Positions 21,170 to 30,758 of a DNA stretch of 64,000 bases are shown here, piece by piece; within the stretch, counting starts at the first letter, position 1, and each line of letters starts with the position of its first letter. The stretch comes from an uncultured Desulfobacteraceae bacterium (lineage in GTDB: Bacteria > Desulfobacterota > Desulfobacteria > Desulfobacterales > Desulfobacteraceae): positions 332 to 64,331 of the forward strand of contig CAJWHT010000005.1 of NCBI GenBank assembly GCA_913041495.1, in the 5' to 3' direction. Both the position numbers and the translations under genes were made by a program. Under the pieces are notes generated by a model. The model ran no database searches, had not been told where the DNA came from, and saw only the letters and a list, made by a program, of their open reading frames with translations.

Positions 21170-21676
21170 TGATCTCCTCCTTCCTGACCGCCTGAGGACT
21201 ATCTGGGGTAGGCAACGACGGCATTGTTGGTGTTAATGCATGTCCCTGATCGTTGAGTTAACCCAAAGTGTAATGATTTTGGAGGGTTCTTTGAAATACG
21301 TAAAAGCATGTAAATTCCATAAAACAGGTACCCATCCGCTTTCAGGACCACTGTAGAGGACATGGTATTAATGTCAAACGACCACACCTTTGAAAGGGCT
21401 GCCACCCCTATACGACAGGGATTCCAGCAGTATTCATCCACCGCATTCTCCTTTCCTCTTTTTTTCTTCATGCCCCGTCTGCCCGAGATACAGTTTCATA
21501 GCCCCGGATATGCGGGGATGACTCCATTTTAATTACCGGGTTCCCGGGATAGTTTTAAACCCATAGATACGGTGATATACGGGTTTTTCCGGATTCATAT
21601 TCACCGCTTGTCAGGCTATGGTTCTCCCTGTGATCTGTCGTGTGAGACATTAAAACTTTGGAGAAAAGATATCGGT

Positions 21677-22291
21677 ATGAAGGTTTACAGAAACTTATCA
21701 AAACTGTTTGTCAGAGGCCTTTCCATCGTGCTGCCCATTGCCGTGGCATTGTCCGTTATTGCATGGATGATCAGAAGTTCGGAAGGGGCGGTAAAGGGCA
21801 TACTGACCTTGGTACTGCCCCCCGGTGCCTATATCCCCGGTATGGGGCTTCTGACCGTCATAACCCTGGTCTTTGCCGCAGGCTTGCTGATGTATCCCTG
21901 GCTGACCCGAACGCTTGTAAAAACCGCTGACCGCAATCTGCGTAAAATTCCGCTGTTCGGCAATGTGTATGCCCCGATCAAGGATTTGATGGGGCTGCTG
22001 GGCGGGGATATGGAAAAAAAGCTTGGCCGGCCGGTGATGGTCACCGTCCCCAATACCAATATGGAAACCCTGGGATTTGTAACCAGGCAGGGAGCGGACG
22101 ATCTTCCCGAAGGATTTCTGCCGGACGGCCATCTGGTGGTGTACGTCCAATGGAGTTCCCAGGTGGGCGGATACTGTTTTATCATCCCGGAAGACCATGT
22201 CCGGTATCTGGATATATCCATAGAAGAAGGGATGCGCTGGTCGCTTACGGCCGGGCTTTCCGCCCCTGAATCAAAGGGGGAATCCAATTAA
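21677..22291 (+). CDS. DUF502 family membrane protein
   Basis: Begins MKVYRNLSKLFVRGLSIVLPIAVALSVIAWM, has two N-terminal TM helices, then a soluble domain with GFVT and V.VP..P.P block order. Confidence 0.7.
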   Translation: MKVYRNLSKLFVRGLSIVLPIAVALSVIAWMIRSSEGAVKGILTLVLPPGAYIPGMGLLTVITLVFAAGLLMYPWLTRTLVKTADRNLRKIPLFGNVYAPIKDLMGLLGGDMEKKLGRPVMVTVPNTNMETLGFVTRQGADDLPEGFLPDGHLVVYVQWSSQVGGYCFIIPEDHVRYLDISIEEGMRWSLTAGLSAPESKGESN

Positions 22292-22306
22292 TTTAAGGAG
22301 GATAAC

Positions 22307-22486
22307 ATGGGAATTGAAGTTGGCGGTCTTTTCGGACTGCTCATTTTAATCGCAGACGTATGGGCCATCGTAAAGACAATGGGAAGTCCGGTATCAGCAA
22401 TGAAAAAGACATTATGGACCGTTCTGATTCTTTTTCTCCCCGTATTGGGGCTGCTGATCTGGTTTGTGGCCGGACCCCGCCGGTAA
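22307..22486 (+). CDS. PLDc_N-type small membrane protein (59 aa, below the ORF-track cutoff)
   Basis: My own translation: MGIEVGGLFGLLILIADVWAIVKTMGSPVSAMKKTLWTVLILFLPVLGLLIWFVAGPRR. It has two TM helices and the DVW...K..W...I.FLP.LG...Y/W signature. SD AAGGAGG lies upstream. Confidence 0.65.
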   Translation: MGIEVGGLFGLLILIADVWAIVKTMGSPVSAMKKTLWTVLILFLPVLGLLIWFVAGPRR

Positions 22487-22562
22487 AAAAGCCGGTATAA
22501 AGCGGGGAAAAAAGATTTATTGTTTTACCAATGAACGACCTATTCAAAAGGAGATGAATCAA

Positions 22563-23030
22563 ATGGAAAGAATTAACACCTGCCGTATCATTTCAGTATT
22601 GTTGGCAATTTGGCTTATTCCGGCACTGTCCGCAACCCAGTTGCAAGCGTCTCAGATCTCTGCAAAAGAAGTCAAACACGAGGTGGCCGACGCTGCCGAA
22701 GCGATCAAGGACTACTCCGTTGACCAGCGGGACCAGGCCCTTGCGAAGATAAATGACATCCTGGAAGACCTGGACGGCCGCATTGAAATACTTGAAAAAA
22801 GGATCGATGACAACTGGGGCCAGATGACGGCGTCGGCCCGTCTTAAGGCCAGGAATACCCTGCATGAACTCAGAAAGCAGCGCAACGGGGTGGCCCAATG
22901 GTACGGCGGCTTGAAACACAGCTCTGCCGGGGCCTGGAAAGAGTTGAAAAACGGTTTTTCCGATGCCTATAACGCATTGGCTGGCGCCTGGAAGAAGGCG
23001 GAAAAAGAGTTTGGTGCAGGCAAAAAATAA
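22563..23030 (+). CDS. secreted coiled-coil protein
   Basis: A signal-peptide-like N-terminus (ISVLLAIWLIPALSATQLQA) followed by a helical Lys/Glu-rich region. The AAGGAG spacing favours the ATG at 22563. Confidence 0.55.
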   Translation: MERINTCRIISVLLAIWLIPALSATQLQASQISAKEVKHEVADAAEAIKDYSVDQRDQALAKINDILEDLDGRIEILEKRIDDNWGQMTASARLKARNTLHELRKQRNGVAQWYGGLKHSSAGAWKELKNGFSDAYNALAGAWKKAEKEFGAGKK

Positions 23031-23165
23031 AGAAGCCCGGTGCCTTCCTGCACCGGGACAGATCGAATAGGGACTGGCAAACCAGTTGTGCTGGCTTTTT
23101 TTGTGGACCTTTAATCGAGCTAGGACCTGATGATGGGGGAAGCGGTTAACAATGGCGCTTTTTTG

Positions 23166-23789
23166 TCATTGCCCCTGAATGGGCCCCCGGTCGAACTCAA
23201 CGATCCGTGCAAATTCCTTATCGATCCCCGGTGCAACCCGGTGGAAAAGGGGGCTGTCCTTTTCCACCCTGCCGCCCATGTCGTAGGTAAAGGCGGCAAG
23301 GGCCCGGTGGCGCAGCCAGAAACCTTCCCGTACGGCACCGGTGGCATCGTAGCAGGAGTGGAAATGGAGGTATTCATCCCGGGGGGCGGGCCGGCTGTCC
23401 AGCCAGGCTGCGGGAGCTGCGTCAAAGAACACCGGGCTGGTACGGCCCGTATCCGGCAGGGAATCGCCCGTATCCGCCAGGCGGACAAGGACGGCATCCC
23501 CCTCAAACAGCTTGGCCCCGGGGGGCAGGTCCCTGGTGTAGAACTGGTCCTGGTTGAAGCAGATAAAGGACAGTTGCCTCAGATTGCCCTGGGATTTGGG
23601 TTTGAAGTAGTACCCCACAAACGGGCCGAACCGGTACAGCCGGCCGGATGCCGTGATCTCAAGGACCTGTACGAATCCCCGGGGCGGCACAGGCGCTGCG
23701 GCCTGTTCCTTGCCGTCGGGTTTGCAGGCCGCAAACATCAGACAGGCACCCACGAGGCATACCCAGAGAAGGACACAGCGCCGGGTCAT
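23166..23789 (-). CDS. lipoprotein of unknown function, last gene of the rhodanese/YeeE operon
   Basis: An internal ATG gives MTRRCVLLWVCLVGACLMFAAC, which is lipobox-like. The start forms an ATGA overlap with the upstream stop. Confidence 0.6.
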   Translation of the reverse strand: MTRRCVLLWVCLVGACLMFAACKPDGKEQAAAPVPPRGFVQVLEITASGRLYRFGPFVGYYFKPKSQGNLRQLSFICFNQDQFYTRDLPPGAKLFEGDAVLVRLADTGDSLPDTGRTSPVFFDAAPAAWLDSRPAPRDEYLHFHSCYDATGAVREGFWLRHRALAAFTYDMGGRVEKDSPLFHRVAPGIDKEFARIVEFDRGPIQGQ

Positions 23790-24319
23790 GATTTTTTCCA
23801 GACAGCGGATATGCCCCAGACCGCAGCACCCAGCCCCAGGCAAAATAGAACCATGGCTGAGAGGGGGCTGCCCGTAAGATCCGCCACGGTGAGCTGTCCA
23901 AGGTTGTAGGGATCGTAGAGCAGCGGGATCAGGGTGTCGTGGAGGTGGGCGAATACGGCGGCACCGGCAAGGCCGCCTGCCAGGGCGAACAGGGCGTCCA
24001 TCCGGCCTTCTCCGGCCGCAGCCCAGGTCGTGCCCGGGCAGTAGCCGCAAAGGCCCCAGCCGATGCCAAAGAGGATGCCTGCAATGGTGGTGGCCCCGAG
24101 GCTCAAGGGGAGCACCCGGGTGGTGTCGATACCGGCGGATTTCAGGCCGGCAATGCCCAGGGCGGACAGAATCACGGCGGTGAGCATGAACATGGGGATC
24201 TGGGGTTCTTGCATGAGATGGGCCCTGGCCATCTTATCCGGGTCGGTGGCACCCACCCGCTGGATGATAAATCCAAAGGCAATGCCGGAAAATACGCCTA
24301 AAACTATATTGGGGGTCAT
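23786..24319 (-). CDS. YeeE/YedE family sulfur-compound transporter, C-terminal-half type
   Basis: About 177 aa and polytopic, with GWGLCGYCPG motif. The start forms an ATGA overlap with the upstream gene. Confidence 0.8.
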   Translation of the reverse strand: MTPNIVLGVFSGIAFGFIIQRVGATDPDKMARAHLMQEPQIPMFMLTAVILSALGIAGLKSAGIDTTRVLPLSLGATTIAGILFGIGWGLCGYCPGTTWAAAGEGRMDALFALAGGLAGAAVFAHLHDTLIPLLYDPYNLGQLTVADLTGSPLSAMVLFCLGLGAAVWGISAVWKKS

Positions 24320-24843
24320 GATTTCTCCTTTCTCGTTTTTCCGTATACCAGACGGGCTGTTACCATGGCCGCACCAAAGATGAGGACGCCGAAGTAAAGT
24401 CCGGACAGGGAAAGCTGGGATGATCCCGAGATAAAAAGGCCCAGGGTGCAGCCGCCGGCAAGCCTGGAGGCGAACAGGATCAGAAATCCGCCGGCAAATG
24501 CTGCCGCGTACCGCTTGGCCCGGCTGTTTCCGAACCGCTGTTCCCATAAAGGGGGCACATCCCGCACCGGGGCACGGAAGGTGCGTCCGGCAATGAAACC
24601 ACCCATGGCCATGCCCAGTACAAAGGCAAAGAGCCAGGATCCGGGTCCGGGCATCATGGCGTAGTGCGGGTTTTGTTCCGCATAGGATGGTGCCAGGGGC
24701 GCAATGGCTCCTTTCAACAGGCTGATAAAGCCGGAGGATGAGGCGGGCGGCCCGAAGCTGGCGAATATGAATACGATGATGCCGGCCAGGGCGAATGCCG
24801 CCGCCAGCCAGTGCCAGTACAATGTCTTGGTATTATTTTCCAT
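24316..24843 (-). CDS. YeeE/YedE family sulfur-compound transporter, N-terminal-half type
   Basis: Polytopic, with SRLAGGCTLG motif. GGAGG lies 7 nt upstream of the ATG at 24843. Confidence 0.8.
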   Translation of the reverse strand: MENNTKTLYWHWLAAAFALAGIIVFIFASFGPPASSSGFISLLKGAIAPLAPSYAEQNPHYAMMPGPGSWLFAFVLGMAMGGFIAGRTFRAPVRDVPPLWEQRFGNSRAKRYAAAFAGGFLILFASRLAGGCTLGLFISGSSQLSLSGLYFGVLIFGAAMVTARLVYGKTRKEKS

Positions 24844-24845
24844 GA

Positions 24846-25937
24846 TCAACCTCCGCAGGAAATATATCCGCTGTCGTTGCCGTTATTGGTCCCTGATGTC
24901 CGGAGCGCCTTTTTCACAGGGGCATTGCCGGACGAGGCGGACCGGCTGGAAGTGCCGGGCAGCTTGCTTCCCGTAAGGCGGTGTTCCCGGGTTTCCACGG
25001 GATAGAACTTGTCCGGGTGTCCCCATTCCTTCCAGGACGCTTCATAGGTATGGACATGCTCAAATCCCATGAGGCGGAGGATGTAGTAGGAAAAGGAGCT
25101 GCGCCGCCCGGAATTGCAGTAAACAATGACGCCTTTTTCCGGATCCAGCCCCCTGTAGAGCGACTGAAGCTCGGGATAGGATTTGAATCCTTTGGTATCC
25201 GTATCCGACCAGGCACCGGTGTAGTTGATATTGACGGCCGTGGGGATGTGGCCGCGCTTGAGGGGATTGCCCCGCAGTCCTTTGGTGCCTTTCTCCCCTG
25301 TATACTCCGCTTTGGACCGGACATCCACAATCTGGTAAAACCGGTCTCCCAGCCGCTTGTAGACAAAATCACCATGGATCAGTTTTTCCGTTCGAATCTC
25401 ATCTGCAGGGGCCTGGTACAAAATGGGTTCGGGGGGGGCCTCAGTTGTTGCAAGGTCGAAGCCGGCGGCTTTCCAGCCGTCGATTCCCCTTTCCAGTATT
25501 TTTTTATTTTCATGGCCCAGAAGATCCAGAACCCAGAAGACGTATGAGGCGGTGGCGCCGCCGTCCCTGGCTGTGGAATCATAGAGAACCACGGTGTCGT
25601 TCCGGGAGATGCCCCGGCGGCCCAGTATCTGCTGGGCCTTGTTTACCCCCACAAACACAGAGGCCAGATCCTGTCCCGGGTCGCTGGTGCGGAATTCGGA
25701 CCAGGGCAGCCGGACGGCCCCTGGAATCATGGCGCCGTCAAAGTAATCGTCCGTCCTGACATCCGCAACAATGATGCCGTTCTGTCCCAGGTGGTCATGC
25801 AGCCATTGGGGGGATGCTGCAAACCGGGCGTTGGGATAACTGGACTCTGTCTGCCCGGCCGATCCCAGGGACCATATAAATCCCAAGGCCAGGGCCAGCA
25901 TGATGATAAAGTGCCTTTTGGCACGGTTCTGTTTCAT
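24846..25937 (-). CDS. periplasmic tandem-rhodanese sulfurtransferase with a Ser/Gly/Asn-rich tail ending in CGG
   Basis: Signal peptide, two rhodanese modules, and active-site loop VIVYCNSGRRSS in the second. A C-terminal tail of about 45 aa ends ...NDSGYISCGG. Confidence 0.85.
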   Translation of the reverse strand: MKQNRAKRHFIIMLALALGFIWSLGSAGQTESSYPNARFAASPQWLHDHLGQNGIIVADVRTDDYFDGAMIPGAVRLPWSEFRTSDPGQDLASVFVGVNKAQQILGRRGISRNDTVVLYDSTARDGGATASYVFWVLDLLGHENKKILERGIDGWKAAGFDLATTEAPPEPILYQAPADEIRTEKLIHGDFVYKRLGDRFYQIVDVRSKAEYTGEKGTKGLRGNPLKRGHIPTAVNINYTGAWSDTDTKGFKSYPELQSLYRGLDPEKGVIVYCNSGRRSSFSYYILRLMGFEHVHTYEASWKEWGHPDKFYPVETREHRLTGSKLPGTSSRSASSGNAPVKKALRTSGTNNGNDSGYISCGG

Positions 25938-26169
25938 GGCTAAACCTCCTTATGGTTGCAGGTTGGCGGCCCGTGGGCCGCAAAGTTGCCGGTTGAGGCA
26001 ATCAAACCACAGGTATGGCCCCGGACACTATATGGGGTTTCACCCATATCCCTGTTAAAAAGCATGTATTCGGTTTTCAGTCGGTTTGCTTCTTGTGCGG
26101 GGTGTGGTATGGGTAAGGACGGATCGGTTCTCTAAGATCATAATTAAAATATCAGGAGCCCGTATTTTT

Positions 26170-26829
26170 ATGGAAACAAAACGAATCGTTGTGGCAGATG
26201 ATAACACCCTGCTCAGGGAGGGCCTCTGCCTCATGATCAATGCAGACGACGGCCTGGAAGTGGTTGCCGAAGCCCATGACGGTTTATCGGCGGTTGAGGC
26301 TGTGACGGGGCTTGCACAGCCGCCGGATCTGGTGATGATGGATCTGTCCATGCCCCGGATGGACGGGGTTTCCGCCATCAAGGAAATCAAGCGGCAGTTG
26401 CCGGATACCTGTATCATGGCCCTGACCATCCACGATGCGGACGACTTTGTGCTCCGCTGTTTTGAGGCAGGGGTGTCAGGCTATTGTCTTAAGGATGCCA
26501 CCCAGGAGGAACTCATCAAGGCGGTTCACGTGGTCCTGTCGGGGAAGCCTTATATCAGCCCGGGGGTGGCCGGCAAGGTGCTGGAGGGCTACCTTGAGGG
26601 AAAGAAAACACTGAAGAAGGAAACCCGTTGGGAAAAACTCACCCAGCGGGAACGGGAGGTCCTCAAGCTGGTGGCCGAAGGATATACCAGCAAGGAGATC
26701 GCCGAATTTCTCTACATCAGCCCCAAAACCGTGGAGCGTCACCGCTCCAACATCATGAACAAGCTGGATCTCCACAACGTTTCCGAACTGACTTCATTTG
26801 CCATTGACAAGGGGCTTGTGGGACAATAG
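26170..26829 (+). CDS. NarL/LuxR-family response regulator (REC + HTH_LuxR)
   Basis: RIVVADDN...DLVMMDLSMPRMDG receiver and LTQREREVLKLVAEGYTSKEIAEFLYISPKTVERHRSNIMNKL HTH. No adjacent kinase. Confidence 0.9.
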   Translation: METKRIVVADDNTLLREGLCLMINADDGLEVVAEAHDGLSAVEAVTGLAQPPDLVMMDLSMPRMDGVSAIKEIKRQLPDTCIMALTIHDADDFVLRCFEAGVSGYCLKDATQEELIKAVHVVLSGKPYISPGVAGKVLEGYLEGKKTLKKETRWEKLTQREREVLKLVAEGYTSKEIAEFLYISPKTVERHRSNIMNKLDLHNVSELTSFAIDKGLVGQ

Positions 26830-26842
26830 CCGTAAGTGGCGG

Positions 26843-27349
26843 TTATCTTTTTTTCAGAAATTCCATCACCCGTTTCCTCTGTGTAAAGACAGCGGACACA
26901 AGGACCACGGCGGCAAGTACCAGGGCCAGGTGTTTGCCGGATACGGCATATCCCAACACCACAAAAGGCACCCCGGTCATCGCCTGCGCCGTCCATCCGG
27001 CAAGGACACACCGGCTAAGGGTCATGCCGGAAAGCGGTAACAGGTGGTTTTTCAGGGTATAGGACAGACCGGGCACGGCCATGAACACAAAGGCCATCCG
27101 GAACCGCTGTCCGTCCGGACGGGAGGCGATCCGTATCCCCTTTTTCCGTACCAGTGTATGGAATCTGTCGTAGAGAAAATTCCGGGTCACCCAGAAGGCC
27201 ACGACCAGGTGGAGGGGCATGATTGCACACATGATCAGCGCGCCGGACACGGGGCCGAATTTAAGGCCCAGCAATGCCAGCAGGGGAGAGACGGGAAACC
27301 CGAACACCGGCAGCAGGATAAAGGCTGCAACAACGCCTGCCGGCTGCAT
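26843..27349 (-). CDS. membrane protein, possibly TVP38/TMEM64 (VTT/DedA-like)
   Basis: About 168 aa with 4-5 TM segments. The start shares one nt with the glycosyltransferase stop. The family call is weak. Confidence 0.45.
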   Translation of the reverse strand: MQPAGVVAAFILLPVFGFPVSPLLALLGLKFGPVSGALIMCAIMPLHLVVAFWVTRNFLYDRFHTLVRKKGIRIASRPDGQRFRMAFVFMAVPGLSYTLKNHLLPLSGMTLSRCVLAGWTAQAMTGVPFVVLGYAVSGKHLALVLAAVVLVSAVFTQRKRVMEFLKKR

Positions 27350-28641
27350 CAGGGCTGCCCATGGGTTTGGATGGTATCCACAAGGGTGGATGTTTTCTGG
27401 GTCAGAAGGTCCCATTCCGTCTGGAGTCCCAGCATCAGGGTTTCCCAGGGGGCAATATCGTCCCCGTAATCGAGTGTCCGGCCGTTCCGGCCCGGGTCCA
27501 CATCCCGGTAGAGGCGGATCAATTTATCCACCGAGGCCTCCCGGCTGTATTCCCGGGCGGTTTTAAGCGCTTCTGCCCCCATCCGGGAGCGGGTTTGAGG
27601 GTTTGAAAGAAGCTCGGCCAGCACCTGAGCAACCCCTTTTTCATCCGTGTCCGGATGAAGCAGAACACCGTTGGCACCGTGGTCCACCACCTCCCGGACC
27701 CCCGGTGCGTTCAGGGCCGCCACCGGCGTACCTGCGGCCATGGCTTCGGCCAGCACCATGCCCTGGGTTTCGGTGAGAGAAGAAAATGCGAACAGGTCCA
27801 TGGCCTGATAGGCATCGCTAAGATCCTGTCCTGACAGTTCGCCGGGCAGTTTCAACCGGTCCGCCGCTCCCGCTTCTTTGAAGATATTTCTCACGGTCCC
27901 GCGGTCCGGCCCTTCACCCACAACCAGAAACACGGATTCCGGTATCTGATTTACCGCTGAAAGTGCGGCCCGTGTCAGAAATTTAAGATTCTTTTCCGGT
28001 GCCAGACGGCCCACATGGCCTAAAACAGGTGCCTCTTTTGCAATTCCGTGCCGCCGTCTGAAGGTCTCGCCGTCGCCGGATGCGAAAAACGCGATGTCAA
28101 TGCCGGTGGGAACGGGGGCAATTTTTGTTTCGACCCCCCGATTTGAGAGCATCCGGGCAATGCTCCGGCTGGGGGCTACCACCCGGTCACAGAGGTTGGC
28201 GTACCGGGTGGAAAGCCGGGCGGCGAACTGCCGGAATGAATCAAAATCCATCTTGATATGGTGGGCGTATGCCTCGTACAGGGTGTGGTGGGTAAACACC
28301 AGGGGCAGGCGCCTTCGCCGGGCCGCCCGGATGGCAGCATCCCCCAGCAGGTAGGGATGGTGGCTGTGGATCACCTGGGGGGCAAAGTCGTCAACCGCTT
28401 CGTCCAGGTAAAAGGGAACGGGAATCCGGACGGAAAATCCGCTGCCGTTGAACTCCGTTAAGGCCGGAACCCTGACAATGTCGGGCTCATTTAGGTCGTG
28501 GTCCTGCCAGCCCGGGAATTCCGGGGCAATGATGCGGACCCGGTGGCCTTTTTTTCTCAGATCCCGGGCAAAGGTGTTAACCGACCGTGCCACACCGCCC
28601 ACATGGGGCAGGTAGGTATTGGTGAACATGCAGATATTCAT
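27349..28641 (-). CDS. GT4-family (GT-B) glycosyltransferase
   Basis: MNICMFTNTYLPHVGGVARSV N-terminus and the E-x7-E region (SLTETQGMVLAEAMAAGTPV). It has a C-terminal extension. Confidence 0.85.
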   Translation of the reverse strand: MNICMFTNTYLPHVGGVARSVNTFARDLRKKGHRVRIIAPEFPGWQDHDLNEPDIVRVPALTEFNGSGFSVRIPVPFYLDEAVDDFAPQVIHSHHPYLLGDAAIRAARRRRLPLVFTHHTLYEAYAHHIKMDFDSFRQFAARLSTRYANLCDRVVAPSRSIARMLSNRGVETKIAPVPTGIDIAFFASGDGETFRRRHGIAKEAPVLGHVGRLAPEKNLKFLTRAALSAVNQIPESVFLVVGEGPDRGTVRNIFKEAGAADRLKLPGELSGQDLSDAYQAMDLFAFSSLTETQGMVLAEAMAAGTPVAALNAPGVREVVDHGANGVLLHPDTDEKGVAQVLAELLSNPQTRSRMGAEALKTAREYSREASVDKLIRLYRDVDPGRNGRTLDYGDDIAPWETLMLGLQTEWDLLTQKTSTLVDTIQTHGQP

Positions 28642-28675
28642 GGTCCCTCCTGATTTGAGCGCCCGAAGCGGTCCA

Positions 28676-29488
28676 TCAGACAAACGGATTGGCAATGTGC
28701 TGCTGGATATTTTTGTCTATGGTTTTTTCAAAGGGTCTGCCGTAATAATCGTACAACCGGGTTTCATACTCGGCATTTACCGGTTTTTCCGGATCGAACT
28801 CCGGGCCGTTTTTGATTTCATCCTTGGCCAGATCAATCTTGAAGTTGGCTTTTGCCCAGCTTACCGCTTTTGCCCAGTCCAGGGACAGGATCACCTTTTT
28901 TCCGCCGGGCAGCCAGTTCCGGGTGTCCACCACCACATGGCGCAGGGCCCAGGTTACGTCATCCAGAATAAAGTCTTCCACATGGCCGATGTGCCCGTCG
29001 CGGGCCTGGATGTCGTACCCCATGACCTCTTTGACGGAACGCAGATGGTTTTGGCTGTCTTCATCCCCGTCGGTTTGTTCTTGCGCCTCCACCGCCTCCG
29101 GGGGAACCTGTTCGGCAGGGGAAAGGGCGCCCGGATGGGTCACAGGCCCCCACAGCCCGGTTCCGGCCCAGTAAAGCGGGTATCCGAAATGCTTTGACAT
29201 TTTCCGTTCATGTTCGCGGGACACAGGTTCGTCCTCAGAGGGCGCTGGGCAGTTCTCCAGTTGGTCGGTTGTGATATTCAAAAGGATGTTCCGGGTTTTC
29301 CAGTCCGGCTTCCGGATCATCATCGGTGACACCAGTACCATCTTTCCCATGAGCCACTTGCCCGTATTGGCCACAAGGTGGCGAATGGTCCACCACCGGT
29401 CGTCAAAGAGCAGGTCCTGGCAGGTTCCGAATTCTTTTTCCTCTGCATGGAGGCCGTATCCGATAAGTTCATTGGCGCTTCGTAGCAT
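28676..29488 (-). CDS. PRC-barrel domain protein (two PRC barrels)
   Basis: Two copies of the pattern L.GY.....DG.IG.V.DF..DD..W..R..VVDT..WL.G...V... Confidence 0.7.
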   Translation of the reverse strand: MLRSANELIGYGLHAEEKEFGTCQDLLFDDRWWTIRHLVANTGKWLMGKMVLVSPMMIRKPDWKTRNILLNITTDQLENCPAPSEDEPVSREHERKMSKHFGYPLYWAGTGLWGPVTHPGALSPAEQVPPEAVEAQEQTDGDEDSQNHLRSVKEVMGYDIQARDGHIGHVEDFILDDVTWALRHVVVDTRNWLPGGKKVILSLDWAKAVSWAKANFKIDLAKDEIKNGPEFDPEKPVNAEYETRLYDYYGRPFEKTIDKNIQQHIANPFV

Positions 29489-29691
29489 GGACACCTTCCT
29501 TTCTATTGGTTCGGTTTAACATCAGGGAAAGAACCGCCTTGGTGAGGTCTTGCCCCGTATGGTTTCAGTGTTGCCTGAACCACAGGGGTATTGAAATAGG
29601 GCGTTTCCGGTAATTTTAGTTTGGAAAACATGTAGACTTGGCTCAAACGATCCGGAAGGTCCTGGACGACTAACCCTCTGATGTAAAAGGA

Positions 29692-30489
29692 TCAGGGAAA
29701 GGTCCGCCATTCGCCCTGCCTGCGTATTACATCCCGGACAGCGGCCGGTGCAAACCGCTTTCCCTGCCAGTCCATTTGAACGATTGAAAGTGCCTCATCA
29801 TTGCCGGTGATCAGATTGAAACTATTGGTCCGGCCGGGCAGCACCCGGCTGGATACGGCAGTGCCGGCCTGGCAGACAACGATGCCGCCGGTGATACGGG
29901 TATAGGGCAGGTGGATATGGCCCCCGAGGATCAGGTCCACGCCGGAAGCCCTGAAAAATTCCAGGGCCAGCCGGCTGTTGTCTATGAGATGCCGGTGCAG
30001 GTAGGGTTTCGGCAGCCAGAACGGGTGGTGGGCTGCCAAAATGCAAAGTTTTGTCTCATGCGCCGCAGCAAACTCCCGGGAGATCCGGGCGAGCTGATCC
30101 CGGCTGATTCTTCCCCTGGACCAGTCCAGGTGCCGGCCCATGGCACGGGCTGTATTGGCGCCCAGGCAGAGGACATCTTCTGTTTCGAATCGGGGTTCCA
30201 GATCCGGGCCCAAATGGCGCCGCCATTTTTTCCAGGGTGAAAACAACCGTTCGGCAGGGTTGTAAACCGGTAGGTCGTGGTTGCCGGGAATCACCAGGAC
30301 GGGACCGGGAAGTCCTTTCACAAAGTCTTTCGCCCTGCGGAATTCCGCCGTAGCCGCCCGCTGGGTCAGATCGCCGCTGATCACGGTAAGATCGGGGGTC
30401 TGGCGGAAAAGTTCCGCTGTGAGGGCTTGCGACACCTTTGGCATTTCCTGGCCGAAGTGAGGGTCTGAAATATGGGCGATGCGGATCAT
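29692..30489 (-). CDS. metallophosphoesterase (calcineurin-like)
   Basis: MIRIAHISDPHFG, SGDLT, GNHD, HHP and GGHIH motifs in canonical order. Confidence 0.85.
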   Translation of the reverse strand: MIRIAHISDPHFGQEMPKVSQALTAELFRQTPDLTVISGDLTQRAATAEFRRAKDFVKGLPGPVLVIPGNHDLPVYNPAERLFSPWKKWRRHLGPDLEPRFETEDVLCLGANTARAMGRHLDWSRGRISRDQLARISREFAAAHETKLCILAAHHPFWLPKPYLHRHLIDNSRLALEFFRASGVDLILGGHIHLPYTRITGGIVVCQAGTAVSSRVLPGRTNSFNLITGNDEALSIVQMDWQGKRFAPAAVRDVIRRQGEWRTFP

Positions 30490-30528
30490 TCAGGATTCTC
30501 TTTTTATTGGATGATGATGTCAACAGGG

Positions 30529-30729
30529 TCAGAATCCGAACACCAGCGGCACAATGGCCATTGAGATCAGGCTGGCAATGATCGGATAGGTTGACGTACC
30601 GAGACCACCGGAATGAGTATTGCCACCAGAGGGTATTGTTGAGAAATCCGCTGCCGGAATTTTTGTTTTGATCCGTGGGGCAAAGGTGAGAAAAAGAATC
30701 GCAAAGGTGGCAATGGCATCGAAATTCAT
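30529..30729 (-). CDS. small two-TM membrane protein
   Basis: 66 aa with AAGGAG upstream, lying between the BON and phosphoesterase genes. Confidence 0.45.
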   Translation of the reverse strand: MNFDAIATFAILFLTFAPRIKTKIPAADFSTIPSGGNTHSGGLGTSTYPIIASLISMAIVPLVFGF

Positions 30730-30758
30730 TGTGGAAAAGACTCCTTGCTTGCCCGGAT

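Noticed and set aside
21199-21471. 90-aa minus-strand ORF
   Set aside because: No SD, no family, and unusual composition. I kept the region as an unexplained gap finding rather than calling a gene.
23130-23909. 259-aa plus-strand ORF, and the N-terminal extensions of ORF-track entries 23166-24050 and 23786-24547
   Set aside because: The minus-strand genes have signal, lipobox and YeeE motifs, with ATGA-coupled internal starts at 23789 and 24319. The extensions are Arg/Pro-rich read-through of the upstream gene in another frame.
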